64,000 nt of DNA from Pristiophorus japonicus (taxonomy: Eukaryota): contig NC_091984.1 in NCBI RefSeq assembly GCF_044704955.1, positions 115,754,001 through 115,818,000 on the forward strand. The letters are read 5' to 3'. This document shows, in pieces, positions 25,369 through 39,428 of this stretch (position 1 is its first letter; each line of letters starts with the position of its first letter). The notes beneath the pieces are model-generated. The model did not search any database. It was not told the DNA's origin and saw only the letters and a program-made list of their open reading frames with translations. The position numbers were made by a program, and so were the translations under genes.

Positions 25369-26580
25369 GAGAAAAGAGCGCAGAACATGCGGGAGAGGGA
25401 GAGAACTGGAGGTAGCCCCCTAGCATTCACCCAACTGACACCAGCAGAGGAGGGGGTCCTGGAGATATCGGAAGTTGCAGAGCTGCTGGTGGTGGGAGAT
25501 GGAGGAGGACATCCCAGCAACCTGGTGACAGACTTACGTATCATACAGCCACATGGCATACAGCAGTCACTCATATGGTGACTGATGTCAGCAGCCAGTG
25601 AAATGTCATCATATACATAATGGTAACGTTAACCATTCATATTATCGCACTTCTAATTCATCTCCCACCGGTCCATCAAGTGCCCCCCTCCCGCATTGTC
25701 CAGCTGGAGAAGGAAGATGACTCCTCAGAGAAAGCTCCAGCCTCTGAGGATGCACCGTCAGCAGACCCAAGCACTCCAGTACCAGCGCAGATATGCACAC
25801 CTCAGTGGCCCCTGTGCGAGATAGAGTAGTGTTCCCACCTGTTGTCTCACTTCACAAGTGAGCAAGAGCAGATGGTGTTGACAGGGACAGCAATGGAGAC
25901 TACTCACCGGAGGTTGCAGGATGCTCCCAGCTCTGCTGAGCTGCATGCAGTTGTTGAGCCTCGTGGGCCATCGAGAAAGAGGGTGTTCCTAGTGCGGCAG
26001 CAACAATTTCATAAGGCTCTGGCAGCTTTTGCAGCCATGATGTCTTAAAATGTTGCAGGTGATGGCGACGATGTACTGTTCCATGGAAAGGATGGCCACC
26101 TGCCTGAAGCAGCTAATACGTCAGTCACGTGAGCACATGCTCACTGTGGACAACCAATGGCAGGCGCTCATTGATCTCATCTCTAGGAAGGACACAAACA
26201 TAGATTTGGGCCTTCATTGCCTCACTGTTGTGCAGTAAGGTGCTCTCCAGCTCTTTGTTAGCAGGGCAGTGCGAGTGGCCCATGAGAGGGACATGAAATG
26301 GGGCTCCTCTCAAAGTGCTCACACTTCTCCCCTGTTGCCTCCTCCTCAGTCAGAGCCCCACATGCTGTCTTGGATCCCGATGACCAAGTCTGCCCCTGGA
26401 GAGCTGCAGGAGCAGCAGATTTTGGCGGGGCCCTCACAGACTCCAAAACCCAGAGGACATCCGCCAAAAGTATCTGAGCAGTTGCAACAGGGAAGTGAGC
26501 AGCCTGCCTCTACCTCTGCTGAAGCCACAGGGGTTGCACCTCATAAAAGTACTCGGAAAAGAAAAACAACTCAAAGGTAG
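25369..26580 (+). pseudogene. Harbinger Myb/SANT protein downstream exons (degenerate)
   Basis: Acceptor ccttgcag, phase-0 continuation EKRAQNMRERERTGGSPLAFTQLTPAEEGVLEI; basic C-terminus RKRK near 26570. Confidence 0.65.
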
Positions 26581-27011
26581 ATGCACATGGGTGGATGAAC
26601 AAATGTTAGTGATAAGTTTCAGTGATTATTTTGACACAGATAAATGTATTTCTTTGCACTACTTTCCGGTCTTGTCCATTTATGCCTGCTAAATTTTGAA
26701 TGGAGTCAAGGGCTATGGGGAGCGGGCAAGGAAGTGGATTTGAGGCCAGGATCAGATCAGCCATGATCTTATTGAATGGCGGAGCAGGCTCGAGGGGCCT
26801 GCTCCTATTTCTTATGTTCTTATGTACCTTGGAAGTGGCTTTGTCACTTGGAGTGAATGGTGAGACGTTACTTGTCCTCGAGCAATGGGAGTTTGGGTGA
26901 CAGGAATGGCTTGGTCATTGTAGAGATGCTTTATGGTGTGGGGGAGGGGGGAGGCGGGGGGGGGGGGTCTTAGTGCAGCATGTGGCAGCCAAATAGGTGC
27001 ATTGGAGTAAA

Positions 27012-27770
27012 TTAAGTAAATCTGGCCATGATAAGGCCATCCAAGGCTTCCCGGGCAGCTATATGCGCTGCTGCTGGTGCCATCTCCACCTCAGCTTCCT
27101 CCTCCTCCTCCTCCTCATCTTTCACCTGCTCCTCCTCCTCTGAAGAGGCTGTGTGCTCTGCACCTTGCTCCTCCTGCAGTTCCAATCCTCGCTGCTGCAC
27201 TATGTTGTGCAGCGTGCAGCAGACCACGATGATTCTGAAGACCCTGGTAGGTGTGTATTGAAGGGCTCCTCCAAATTTGTCGAGGCATCTGAAGCGCATC
27301 TTCAGCATGACTATTGTTTGCTCCATGACACATCTGGTGCACATGGGACTCTCATTATAATGTTCCTCGGCCTCAGAACATGGCATCTTCAGTGGATGGC
27401 CCTGGTCCCGAAGTAGCCAGCCGGTAAGTCTGTTTGGAGGTGCGAAGAGCTGAGGGAGGGTGGACTGGCACAGCATAAAAGAGTCATGACAATTGCCAGG
27501 GAATCTGGTGCACACACGCACGATGATCTTTTTATGGTTGCAGTCCAACTGCACATTGAGGGAGTGGAAGCCCTTGCGGTTCACAAAGACACGTGGGTGA
27601 TGAGGGGGTGCCTTGATGGCCACATGTGTGCAGTTGATAATGCCCTGCACCTGTGAGAAGTCAGCCAAAGCTGCAATGCCGTGCTCAGAAACACTGGCCT
27701 CATCAGTGGTAAAGTTATATAATTGGCTGACCTGTCAAACATGGCATCGGTCACCTGGGTGATGCATCGC
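27012..27770 (-). pseudogene. PIF/Harbinger DDE transposase, C-terminal part, truncated at 27770 by an inverted CR1 segment
   Basis: [58 protein letters not shown]; convergent with the Myb gene. Confidence 0.9.
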
Positions 27771-28475
27771 TATTCTTGTACTCAGTAACACGTGGCATCA
27801 GGAGAAATCCGGAGATTACTACCTTTGGGGTCCTACTTTTTAATCTTTTTCCTAGTTCCCTAAAATCTGCCTGCAGGATCTCATCCCTCTTTTTACCTAT
27901 GTCATTGGTACCGCTATTGACCATAACTTCTGGCTTTTCACCCTCCCCCCTCCGAATGTCCTGCAGGCATTCAGTGGCATCCTTAACCCTGGAACCAGGG
28001 AGGCAACATACCGTCCTGGAGTCACGTCTGCGGCCGTAGAAGCGCCTGTCTGTTCCCCATACTATCAAACCACTACTGCTCTTTCACTCTTCTTCCTTCC
28101 ACCCCCCCCCACCCCCCACCTCACCTCCCCATGCAGCTGAGCCATCTGTGGTGCCATGGACTTGGCTCTGGCTGCACTCCCCAGAGGAACCATCGCCCCC
28201 ACCAGTATCCAGAACTGAAAACCGGTTAACGAGCGAGATGCATTCGGGGGACTCCTGCCCCACCTGCCTGGTCCCCCTTGTCTGTCTGGCAGTTACCCAT
28301 TCCCTCTCTGCCTGCACACTCTTAAGCTGCGGGGTGACCACCTCCTGAAACGTGCTATCCACGAAGTTCTCAGCCTCACGGATACAGTGTAGTGACAGTA
28401 GCCGCCATTCAAGTTCTGAAACCCGGAGCTCGAGCTGCTCTAGTTGGCGACACATCCTGCACACGTGATCGTCCA

Positions 28476-31400
28476 TGTTATGTCCTTACACTCTACTGTA
28501 AATCAGCACGAGGCACATAGTGGAGACAAGGTCACTCTGTGACCTGTACCTTTATTCACAGGACCAAGAAGTGATGACCCTGCATGGGACCTCCCTTTAT
28601 GTACCTGGATGACCAGGTGAGGAGTGTCTCCCACAAGTTCACCCCCTGTGGTCAAGGTGTGCATTTCTTAGGTGTATACAGTGTACAGTGTTGTTACATG
28701 AAGGTTACAGTTACATGAAGGTTACATACATGACATCACCTCCCCCCCAACGTCTTTGGGTCAAAGATTGAGTCTTTCAAGTGGTCGACGCTCTCTCGTG
28801 GAGTGCCGCAGTTGGGGCTCTGGTTGTTGAGCCTTGGCATGCGTCTTTGTCACCTGTGATGATTCCGGCTCATCCGGGCTGACCGCAAGGACTGTGCATG
28901 CTGCTGACGGTTCTTGTTGCTCGTTCACTGGCATTGGTGTAGGCAGCATCTCATGATTTTCCTCAGGTTCTTCAGTGTTCATGCTGAACCTTTTTTTTTT
29001 TTACTTGGTCCAGATGCTTGCGGTATATCTGTCCATTGTTAAGTCTGACCACTATAACCCTATTCCCCTCTTTACCAATTACAGTACCCGCAAGCCACTT
29101 GGGCCCCAAAGCGTGATTAAGAATAAATACAGGGTCATCGATTTCTATACATCCCCTCTTTGAGTTACGGTCATGGCACTCATTTTGGGACTGGCGCTTG
29201 CCCTCAACAATGTCTGACAGGACTGGGTGAATGAGGGACAGCCGAGTTTTAAGTTTCATGAGTAATTCATGAGTAGTTTCATGAGTAGTTCCGCTGGCAG
29301 GACTCCCGTGAACGAATGCGGTCGGGACCTGTAGGCCAGCAGGAGGCGCGATAGGCGGCATTGAAGGGAGGGTCCTTGAATCCGGAGCATGCCTTGTTTT
29401 ACGATTTGGCACATTCTGCCTGGCCATTGGAAGTCGGCTTGAACGGTGCTCTCCTGACATGTCTGATGCCATTACCCGACATGAACTCCTGGAATTCATA
29501 GCTAGTGAAGCACGGGCCGTTGTCGCTAAACAGGATGTCCAGCAAGCCGTGGGTCGCAAAGACCGCATGCAGACTCTCCACTGTGGTGGAACTCGTGCAC
29601 GAATTCAATATGATGCACTCAATCCATTTCGAGTATGCATCAACAACAATGATGAACATTTTCCCCATGAACCGGCCCGCGTAGTCTACGTGAATTCGTG
29701 ACCATGGCTTGGTGAGCCAGGGCCACGGGCTGAGTGGGGCCTCCCTGGGGGCATTGCCCAGCTGGGCACACGTTGTACACCTGCGAACACAGTGTTCCAA
29801 TCTGCATCAATTCCCGGCCACCATACATGTGACCGGGCAATGGCCTTCATTAGCACAATGCCTGGGTGCCCCTGATGAATGCTTCCCTTCTCTTCTGGGC
29901 CATGATTACCCGGCTGCCCCATAGTAGGCAGTCGGCTTGGATGGAGATTTCATCCATCCGTCTGTGAAACGGTCTGACCTCTTCAGGGCATGCTCCGTGT
30001 GCGGGCGCCCAATCCCCAGTCAGGACACATTTCTTAATCAAGGATAGGAGGAGATCTCGCTTTGTCCAGGTTTTGATCTGGTGGGCTGTGATGGGGGAGC
30101 CTGCGCTGTCGAAAGCATCGACAGCCATGACCATCTCAGCGCTTTGCTCCGCTGTCCCCTCAGCGATGGCCAGTGGAAGCCTGCTGAGCGTGTCAGCGCA
30201 ATTTTCGGTGCCTGGCTGGTGCCGTATGGTGTAGTCATACGCAGCCAGTGTGAGAGCCCACCGCTGTATGCGAGCTGATGCATTGGCATTGACAGCTTTG
30301 CTGTCGGACAGCAGGGATGTTAACGGCTTGTGGTCCGTTTCTAACTCGGACCTTCTGCCAAAAAGGTACTGGTGCATCTTTTTCACCCTGTAGACACATG
30401 CGAGTGCTTCCTTTTCAACCATCCCATATCCCCTTTCTGCTTGGGAGAGCAACCTGGAAGCATAAGCCACAGGTTGGAGTTGGCCCTCATCATTACTCTG
30501 CTGCAACACGCACCCAACCCCATAGGATGATGCATCGCATGTCAAAACCAATTTCTTACAGGGGTTGTACAGGGTCAACAGCTCATTAGAACAAAGTAGG
30601 TTCCGCACCCGATTGAAAGCCCATTCCTGACAGTCCCCCCAAAACCAATCACAACCCTTACGCAGGAGCACGTGTAGCGGCTCCAACAATGTGCTTAAGT
30701 TCGGCAGAAAGTTCCCGAAATAGTTCAATAGTCCCAGAAATGAACGCAACTCTGATGTGTTGCCAGGCCTGGGCGCGCGACGGATCGCCTCCGTTTTGGA
30801 TTCGGTAGGCCGGATCCCGTCTGCAGCAACCCTCCTGCCCAAAAACTCGACCTCTGGGACCAAAAACACACATTTGGACTTCTTTAGTCGCAGGTCTACC
30901 TGGTCCAGTCGGCGTAGCACCTCCTCCAGGTTGTGGAGGTGTTCCTCGCTGTCTTGACCCGTGATAAGGATGTCGTCCTGAAATACGATTGTTCCAGGGA
31001 TGGATTTGAGCAGGCTTTCCATGTTCCTTTGAAAGATAGCGGCTACTGAACGAATGCCAAACGGACACCTGTTGTAGACAAACAGCCCCTTGTGCGTGGT
31101 GATGGTGGTCAGTAGCTTGGATTCTTCGGCCAGTTCTTGGGTCATGTAGGCCGAAGTGAGGTCCAACTTGATGAACAGCTTGCCGCCTGCCAGCGTGGCA
31201 AAAAGACCCTCCGCTCTCGGAAGCGGGTATTGGTCTTGTAGTGACACTCGGTTGATAGTGACCTTGTAGTCGCCACAGATCCTGACCGAGCCACCCGTTT
31301 TTAGGATGGGGATGATGGGGCTTGCTCAGTCGCTGAATTCAATGGGTGAAATTATGCCCTCTCTTAGCAACCTGTCCAACTCACTATCAATTTTCTCCCG

Positions 31401-33246
31401 CATCACATACGGCACAACTCTGGCTTTATGGTGTACTGGTCTGGCGTCCGGGGTGATGCGTATCACTACTTTGGTACCTTTGAAAGTCCTGACACCAGGT
31501 TGAAATAGTGACTCAAATTTCTGTAGGACCTGTGAACATGAACTTCGCTCCACAGATGAAATGACATGCACATCCCCCCATTTCCAGTTCATCTCGGCTA
31601 GCCAGCTCCTCCCCAAAAGTGCAAGACCATTTCCTGGGACAATCCAGAGTGGCAGCCGGTTCTCTGATCCATTATGTGTGACTACCAACATTGCACTGCC
31701 TAGCACGAGGATGACCTCTTTGGTGTACGTCCTTAATTGCGTGTCAATGCGTTCTAGTTTGGGTCTGCTAGCTCTGAGTGGTCATAGTTTCTCGAATTGT
31801 TGGACACTCATAAGTGACTGGGCTGGCTCCTGTGCCCAGCTCCATGCATACCAGGATGCCGTTTAACAGTACTCTCATCATCATAGGTGGCATCTTTGTG
31901 TATGAGCTGTGGATGTTTGCCACCTGAACCCACTGAACTTCAGCAGCCATTGCTGTGTCCCAAGCATAACCCTGCCTTGCAGACCCCTCTTGTGGTACAT
32001 CCGCTTCATATACCAGCCTCGCTGCGGACTTCCTGCACATTCTGGCTAAATGTCCACTGAAGTTACAATTTCTGCAGATGAATTGTTGAAACCTGCAGGT
32101 TTTCGCAGCATGTCTGACCCCACACCTCCAGCAGGAGCCGAGATTGTTGTGAACAAAAGAGCTGTTACCAGGCATTCCTCTCTGATTGTCTCTTTGATTA
32201 CTCTTGAGCACTCTGTTAGTGGGTGTCAATGGCCCCATCCTGGGACGTATTGTCCCTTGTGATGGTGTAAATATCCGTTCAACCTGCCATTGTCTATGTT
32301 GAGGACCCACCCTAGAATCTGTTACTGCCTGGTTGGTGTTGAATTGCCCTTGCCTGCCTGCGGGGTTCTGAGTTGCGTTTACCATGTTAACTCCCTGCTC
32401 CATCGCCACATTGGGAGCAGGGTTGCGTGTGTATATGATCTTGGTTTCCTCCTCCCCCGCCATGAAGGTTTGAGCCATCAACGCTGCTGCTTACAAGATC
32501 AAGTCCTTGGTCTCAATTAGCTTCCTAAAAACCCCGGCATGACCAATGCCTTCAATGAAGAATTCCCGTAACATGTCCCCCCTGCAGGTGTCTGTGAACT
32601 TATAGAGGCTGGCCAAGCGCCGAAGGTCCGCAACAAAGTCCGGTGTACTCTGCCCTTCCCGACGTCGGTGCGCATAGAATCGGTGTCGCGCCATGTGTAT
32701 ACTGCTCGCCGGTTTGAGGTGCTCACCGATCTGTTTGCTGAGCTCCTCAAAGGTCTTGTCCGCCGGCTTCTCGGGTGCGGGCAGGTCTTTCATCAGCGCG
32801 TACGTCTTAGGTCCACAGCTGGTCAGTAGATGCGCCCTTCGCTTGTCAGCTGCTGCTGCTCCCAGCCAGTCCTTCGTGACAAAGCTCTGCTGGAGCCTCT
32901 CAACGAAATTGTCCCAGTCCTCACCAACACAGTACCATTCCTCTGTGCTATCGGTGGCCATTCTCGTGAGTCGTTGATTCCCGTTTCTCGTCGCCAAATG
33001 TTATGTCCTTACACTCTACTGTAAATCAACACGAGTCACATACTGGAGACAAGGTCACTCTGTGACCTGTAGCTTTATTCACAGGACCAAGAAGTGATGA
33101 CCCTGCGTGGGACCTCCCTTTATGACCAGGTGAGGAGTGTCTCCCACAAGTTCACCCCCTGTAGAAAAGGTGTGCATTTCTTAGGTGTATACAGTGTACA
33201 GTGTTGTTACATGAAGGTTACATACATGAAGGTTACATACATGACA
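28476..33246 (-). mobile_element. Gypsy/Ty3 LTR retrotransposon, full length, frameshifted
   Basis: LTRs 28476-28735 and 32999-33246 (TG..CA); 5-bp TSD GTCCA; PBS TGGCGACGAG (tRNA-Ser-like); PPT; gag 32491-32997, CCHC knuckles, protease, RT FQDD and RNase H (29850-31247), integrase (PWSRIHVDYAG, DNGP). Confidence 0.96.
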
Positions 33247-33550
33247 GTCCAGGCCACGAGAAGTGTCCAGGACTTCCCACATGGCACAGGATGTGCATTC
33301 AACAGGACTGAGCTGCCTTTTCAGGCCTCTGTTAGATTATTAAGTAAAGTATACCACTCTGCCCTAAATAAGAGAGAAGAAAAGACAACAGTGATACTCA
33401 TCAATCAATCACCTACCTGCTGTCCTGTGACGTCCCTCGGTTTTTTTGGGAAATACACCATGGAAGGTACGCGCGCTGCTGCCTCCGATTAGCTCCATGC
33501 TGTTCCTCCACTCTCTTCTTTATGTTCCGCCACCGCTTCCGATTAGGAAA

Positions 33551-33608
33551 GAACATTTCACGAATTTGCGTGTCATCCTTGCGCAGAGGCCATGCTAATC
33601 TACTCTGT
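33551..33608 (-). pseudogene. U6 snRNA 3' half (from the ACAGAG box to near the 3' end)
   Basis: Reverse complement ACAGAGTAGATTAGCATGGCCTCTGCGCAAGGATGACACGCAAATTCGTGAAATGTTC. Confidence 0.93.
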
Positions 33609-36600
33609 TTAGAAACATAGAAATCTACAGCGCAGAAGGAGGCCATTTCGGCCCATTGTGTCTGCACCGGCTGACAAAGAACCGCACAGCCCTCGGTTAC
33701 ATATAAACCTACGAACAAAGAACAATGGCGGAAAGGCAACGAGCACCCAGCCCAACCAGTCCGCACCACACAACTATATTGAAACATTTGACACTCCACC
33801 CCAACCGGAGCCATGGGATCTCCTGGGAGAGACAAAAACCAGATAAATACTCAGGCCAATTGGGGAGAAAGAAAATCTGGGAAAATTCTTCTCCGACCCA
33901 TCCAGGTGATCAAAACTAGTCCAGGAGATCAGCCTGGCTGTATTCGATTCCCTGCAGTACTTACCATCATTTCTGCGCCAGCCAACAAGAGGTTTTCCAG
34001 TCTAATCCCAATTACCAGCTCTAGGTCTGTAACCCTGCAGGTTACTGCACTTTAAGTGCCCATCCAACCACCTTTTAAATGTGGTGAGTGTTTCTGCATT
34101 CACCACCCTTCCAGGCAATGAGTTTCAGACCCCCACAACCCTCTGCGTGAAGAAGCCCCCCCCATCCCCCCTCCCTCAAATCCCCTCTGAACCTTCCACC
34201 AATCACCTTAAAACTATGCCCCCTCATAATTGACCCATCCAGCAATGGAAATTGGTCCTTGCTATCCGCTATATCCAGGCCCCTCAAAATTTTGTACACC
34301 TCAATGAGGTCTCCTCTCAACCTCCTCTGTTCCAATGAGAACAAACCCAGCCTATCCAATCTGTCTTCATAACTAAGATTCTCCATTCCAAGCTGCATCC
34401 TAGTAAATCTCCTCTGCACCCTCTCTAGTGCAATCACATCCTTCCTATAATACAGCGACCAGAACTGCATGCAGGACTCCAGCTGTGGTCTAACCAGAGT
34501 ATTATACAATTTAAGCATAACCTCCCTGCTCTTGTATTCTATGCCTCGGCCAATAAAGGCAAGCATTCCGTATGCCTTCTTAACCACCTTATCCACCTGG
34601 CCTACTTTCAGGGATCTGTGGACAAGCACTCCAAGGTCCTTTTGTTCATCTACACTATTAAGTGGCCTACTGCTAATGTGTATACCCTTTTCTTATTAAC
34701 GCTCCCAAAGTGCATTACCTCACACTTCCTTGAATTAAATTCCATTTGCCACTGCTCTGCCTACCAGATCGATATCCTCCTGCAGCCCATGACTTTCCTC
34801 TTCATTATCAACCACACGGCCAATTTTAGTGCCATCTGCAAACTTCTTAATCATACTCCCTAATTTCAGATCAAAATCATTGATATATACCACAAAAAGC
34901 AAGGGACCCAGTACTAAGCCCTGCGAAACCCCACTGGAAACATCCTTCTAGTCACAAAAACATCCAGGAGCCTTTGCTTCCTACCTCTAAGCCAATTTTG
35001 GATCCAACTAGCCACTCTACCCTGGATCCCATGGGCTTTAACCTTTGTCACCAGTCTACCATGTGGGACCTTATCAAAAGCTTTGCTAAAGTCCATTTAC
35101 ACTACATCATATGCACTACCCTCAGCAACCCTCTTGGTTACCTCCTCAAAAAATTCAATCAGGTTAGTCAAACATGATTTTCCCTTAACAAATCCGTGCT
35201 GACTGTCCCTAATTAATCCTTACCTTTCCAAATGTAGATTTATCTTGTCTTTCAGGATTTTTTCCAATAATTTTCCCACCACTGAGGTTAGGCTGACAGG
35301 CCTGTAATTACTCAGCCAATCCCTTTCTCCCTTCTTAAACAAGGGTACTGTGGTGTATGTAGCACACAAATCACTGACTCCACACGGTCTGGTGTAAGTC
35401 TAACTGCTGTGACCTTCGTCCTTTATTGTTCAGCTCCAGAGTGCCTCCCAGGTGCAATGGTCATTCTTATATAGCCCTTGTTACAGGTACTACCAGGGTT
35501 TCCCACCGCAGCGCCCTCTGTGGTGTGGCATAGTACTTACAATACATTTAAGGTACTGGGACAATACACACATCATTACATAACATCACCTTCCCCCCGC
35601 CTCCCACCTGGACGCAGGACAACGATACACACATCATTACATAACGGAAGGCAGGTGGGCATAGACAGTGCATTAGTATGGTACATATTATCTGGTACAT
35701 TAACTGGTTATTGACTGGTAGCGGAACCTTGATTTCCTTGTTAGCCGTTATCATTAATTGTGCTTCATCCATTATTTTATACAAATACAGTGGCCATTCA
35801 GCATAAAAAAAGTAATTCTTATTATAAATTCACTATCTCACATTAACATAGCTCATTTTAGACTCGCTCTGCCAAACGGAAGTCCTTTGTCGGGACCACC
35901 TCTTTGTAAGGCCCTTTTAAGACTCCCGGGTGCATTTCCTCTTTAAGGCGCCATCTTTGATGCAGGAGGATTCCACGAGGCTTCTCCTTGGGCGCTGCCA
36001 TCTTTGATGCTCTGCAGCTCCGACACGATGCCGCCGCCATCTTCTTCTCCGCCACTCCGAATGCCCTCCGCCGTCGCAGCCTCTGCTCCCCTCCGCTGCC
36101 ACCTGACTTGCCGCCTCTCCTGCGGCCGCCGTGGCCTCTCCAGCGGCTGCACTTGCCGCGTCCCCCGCTGCCTCCATAGCGGCCTCCCCTGCGGCTGCCG
36201 CCGCCCAACGCTACCAGCTCCTCGGCGGGGCCTGCCCAACGGCCTCTTCCTCTGTGGTGCCCTTCCGAACCGCCGACCCCTGGATCCCTCAGCACCCCGC
36301 CCGCAGCGCCCCGCCGGCTCACTCCCCCCCCACTCGGCCCCTCTGTGCAGGGCTGCTTGCCTGTGGGGGCTGGGGCTGCAGGGTCTCTGTGAGGTCCGGG
36401 CCTGGGACTTGCCTGTGGGTGGATTGAGGCTGCAGCTCCAGCTCGGTCGGCGCTGCTCTCTGGGGACCCGGGGCACGGCAGCACCCCGGGGAGCAGCAGC
36501 CTGTGGAGGAATGAAGTCTTCCCAGCTCCCACGGACCGTCCCCATCCACCTCCGGCCGAGGAGTGTCGGCCCATCGCCTGCAACGACCCACAAAGGTAAA

Positions 36601-39428
36601 GCGTGCGTCTCGTCCCGGTGGGACACCTGCACCATCGCTCTGCCGAGAACAGGTATTAGTTCCCTGGTGTAGGTACGCAGCTTCGCCGTGACCGGGACCA
36701 GCTTGGGTCGTGCAGCTGGGTTAATCCACAGTTTATCAAAAGTTCTCCGACTCATCAATGACGGACCCGAGCCCGTGTCCACTTCCATACTCACTGGGAC
36801 TCCGTTGATTTTTACTTCCCTTATCACTGGGGGCGAATCGTCGGTGCACGTATACAGTCCCAACACCTCATCTTCTTCTACCTGCTCCTCGCTGAACAGT
36901 GGACCATCCCCCATCTCCTCAACCACATGGTGAGTCCGATTTCTTTTACACATACGCTGAAGGTGGCCTTTAACGTGGCAGGTATTGCACGTATACTCCG
37001 CAAACCTGCACCGGTGAGCCCCATGGCTTCCTCCACAGCGCCAGCATGGTGCTGCTTGATTGGCCCCCCTCGGCGGACTCTGAGCTCCAGGACCCCGAGG
37101 TCCGTGCTCTCTGCCCCGGGCAGAGCCACGTTCTGCAGCTTTGTCCGTGGTGGGCGCTATCCTGTGGACAGTGCCTGCCGGGTTCGAGACTGTGTGGATT
37201 ATTTGCTTGGTGCTGCAAGTCGAGGTCATATGTGCCCGGCTGATGACGATGGCCTTTGTCAGAGTGACTGTGGGTTCCGTGGCCAGCAGCTTGTGAAGGA
37301 GGCCCTCGTGGCCAATCCCCATAACGAAAATGTCCCGCAAAGTCTCGTCAAGGTGTGTCCCAAAAATCACACGGCGCCGCGAGTCTCCTGAGGTCCGCAG
37401 CATATTTGGTGACATCCTGGCCCTCGGGTCTGCAGTGATGGTAAAATTTGTATCTGGCCGTGAGGATGCTCTCCTTTGATTTCAACTGGTCACGAATGAG
37501 TTCAGTCAGCTCCTCGTATGACTTGTCCCTGGCGCTCCCAGGTGCCAACAAATTCCTGACGAGACAGTAAACCTCATCTCCACAACTGGAGAGCAATATC
37601 GCCTTACGCTTCTCTCTCATTGCGTATGTGTCCTCCGTCAGGTCGTTTGCTGAGAAGTAGTACTCGAGCCTTTCCGTAAAGGCTTCCCAATCATTGCCCA
37701 CGGTAAAATCCTTTAGCGAGCCCAGAGTAGCCATGGTTGCGTGGAGTTCGTCCGCTTCCTCGTTGCCAATGTGGTGTATCTAGCACACAAATCACTGACT
37801 CCACACGGTTTGGTGTAAATCTAACTGCTGTGACCTTCGTCCTTTATTGTTCAGCTCCAGAGTGCCTCCCAGGTGTAGTGGTCACCCTTATATAGCCCTT
37901 GTTACAGGTACTACCAGGGTTTCCCACCGCAGCGCCCTCTGTGGTGTGGCATAGTACTTACAATACGTTTAAGGTACTGGGACGATACACACATCATTAC
38001 ATAACAGGTACAACATTAGCAGTCCTCCAGTCCTCTGGCACCATGCCCAATTCCAAAGAGAACTGGAAAATGATGGTCAAGGCCTCTGTTATTTCCTCTT
38101 TTACTTCACTCAACAACCTGGGATACATTTCATCCGAGCCTGGGGACTTATTTACTTTCAAAGCTGCTAAGCCCCTTAATACTTCCTCTCTCACTATGTT
38201 TATTTCATCCAGAATATCACATTCCTTCTCGATAGCAGTATCTGCATTGCCCCTTTCCTTTGTGAAAACAGATGCAAAGTATTCATTAAGAACCACACCA
38301 ATATCTTCCGCCTCCACACAAAGATTACCCTCATGGTCTCTAATAGGCCCTACCCTTTCTTTAGTTACCCTCTTGCTCAATATATTTATAGAACATCTTT
38401 GGGTTTTCCTTAATTTTACTAGCCAATAATTTTTTATGCTCTCTCTTAGCATTCCTAATATCCTTTTTAATTTTTCCTTTTAACTTTCTATATTCCTCCA
38501 AAGATTCTATAGTATTTAGCCATCAGTATATGACATAAGCTTCCTTTTTTTTCTTTATCCTACCCTGTAAGTCCCTAAACATCCAGGGGGCTCTAGAATT
38601 ATTATTCCCACCCTTTTTCTTTAAGGGCACATGTTTGGCCTGAGCCTTCCGGATCTCCTCCTTGAATGCCTCCCACTGTTCCGATACTGATTTACCCACA
38701 AGTAGCTGCTTCCAGTCCACTATGGCCAAATCACTCCTTAACTTAGCAAAATTAGCTTTTCCCCAATTTGGGACTTTTATTCCAGACCTATCCTTGTCCT
38801 TATCCATAACTAACTTGAATCTGACTGAATTATGGTCATTGGCACCCAAATGCTCTCCCGCCAATACCCCTTCAACCAGCCCAGTGTCATTCCCCAAAAC
38901 TAAATCCAAAACCACCCACTCTCATGTTGGGATTGCTACATACTGACTAAAAACGTTTTTGAATGCATTTTAAGAATTCTGCCCCCTCTATACCCTTCAC
39001 ACTATATTTGTCCCAATCAATATTAGGATAGTTAAAATCCCCTGCTTTTACTACCCTATGGTTTTTGGACTTCACAATCTCCTCTATCTCCCTCCCACTG
39101 TTTGGGGGTCTATAATACACACCTAGCAGTGTGATCGCCCCTTTTTTATTTTTCAATTTGACCCATAAGACCTCATTTGATGATCCCTCTAACATATCAT
39201 CCCTTCTCATCGCTGTAATAGTTTCTTTAATTAATACCGTGTCCCCCTTTTATACCTTCCTCTCTATCTTGTCTAAAAATCCTGGAGCCAGGAATATTGA
39301 CATGCCAAACCTGCCCCTCTTTCAGCCATGTTTCTGTAATGACTATAATGTCATACTCCCAGGTATCTACCTGTGCTCTTAGCTCATCCGCCTTATTCGC
39401 TATACTCCTTGCATTAAAGTATATACCA
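33609..39428 (-). mobile_element. CR1 LINE (ORF2 and long 3' UTR) inserted within the U6 sequence, itself interrupted by a Gypsy element
   Basis: GIYFNARSI start near 39425, GDFNYP, KSPGSD, DFSKAFDKVP, RGDLIEVYK; tail (tttctatg) at 33610-33625. Confidence 0.9.
35349..38006 (-). mobile_element. Non-autonomous Gypsy LTR element (gag and protease only)
   Basis: 237-bp LTRs at 35349-35585 and 37770-38006; TSD GGTAC; PBS TGGCAACGAG; PPT; gag, CCHC knuckles and VDTGS protease, followed by GC-rich sequence with no RT, RNase H or integrase. Confidence 0.92.

Noticed and set aside
27012-27770. Domesticated host HARBI1/NAIF1 gene pair
   Set aside because: The transposase is truncated with an altered catalytic motif (IINCTH), and the Myb exon has an in-frame stop. 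This is a decayed transposon.
35858-36672. Long Arg/Gly/Pro-rich ORFs (222-241 aa)
   Set aside because: Stop-poor alternative frames of GC-rich LTR-internal sequence with no recognisable domain.
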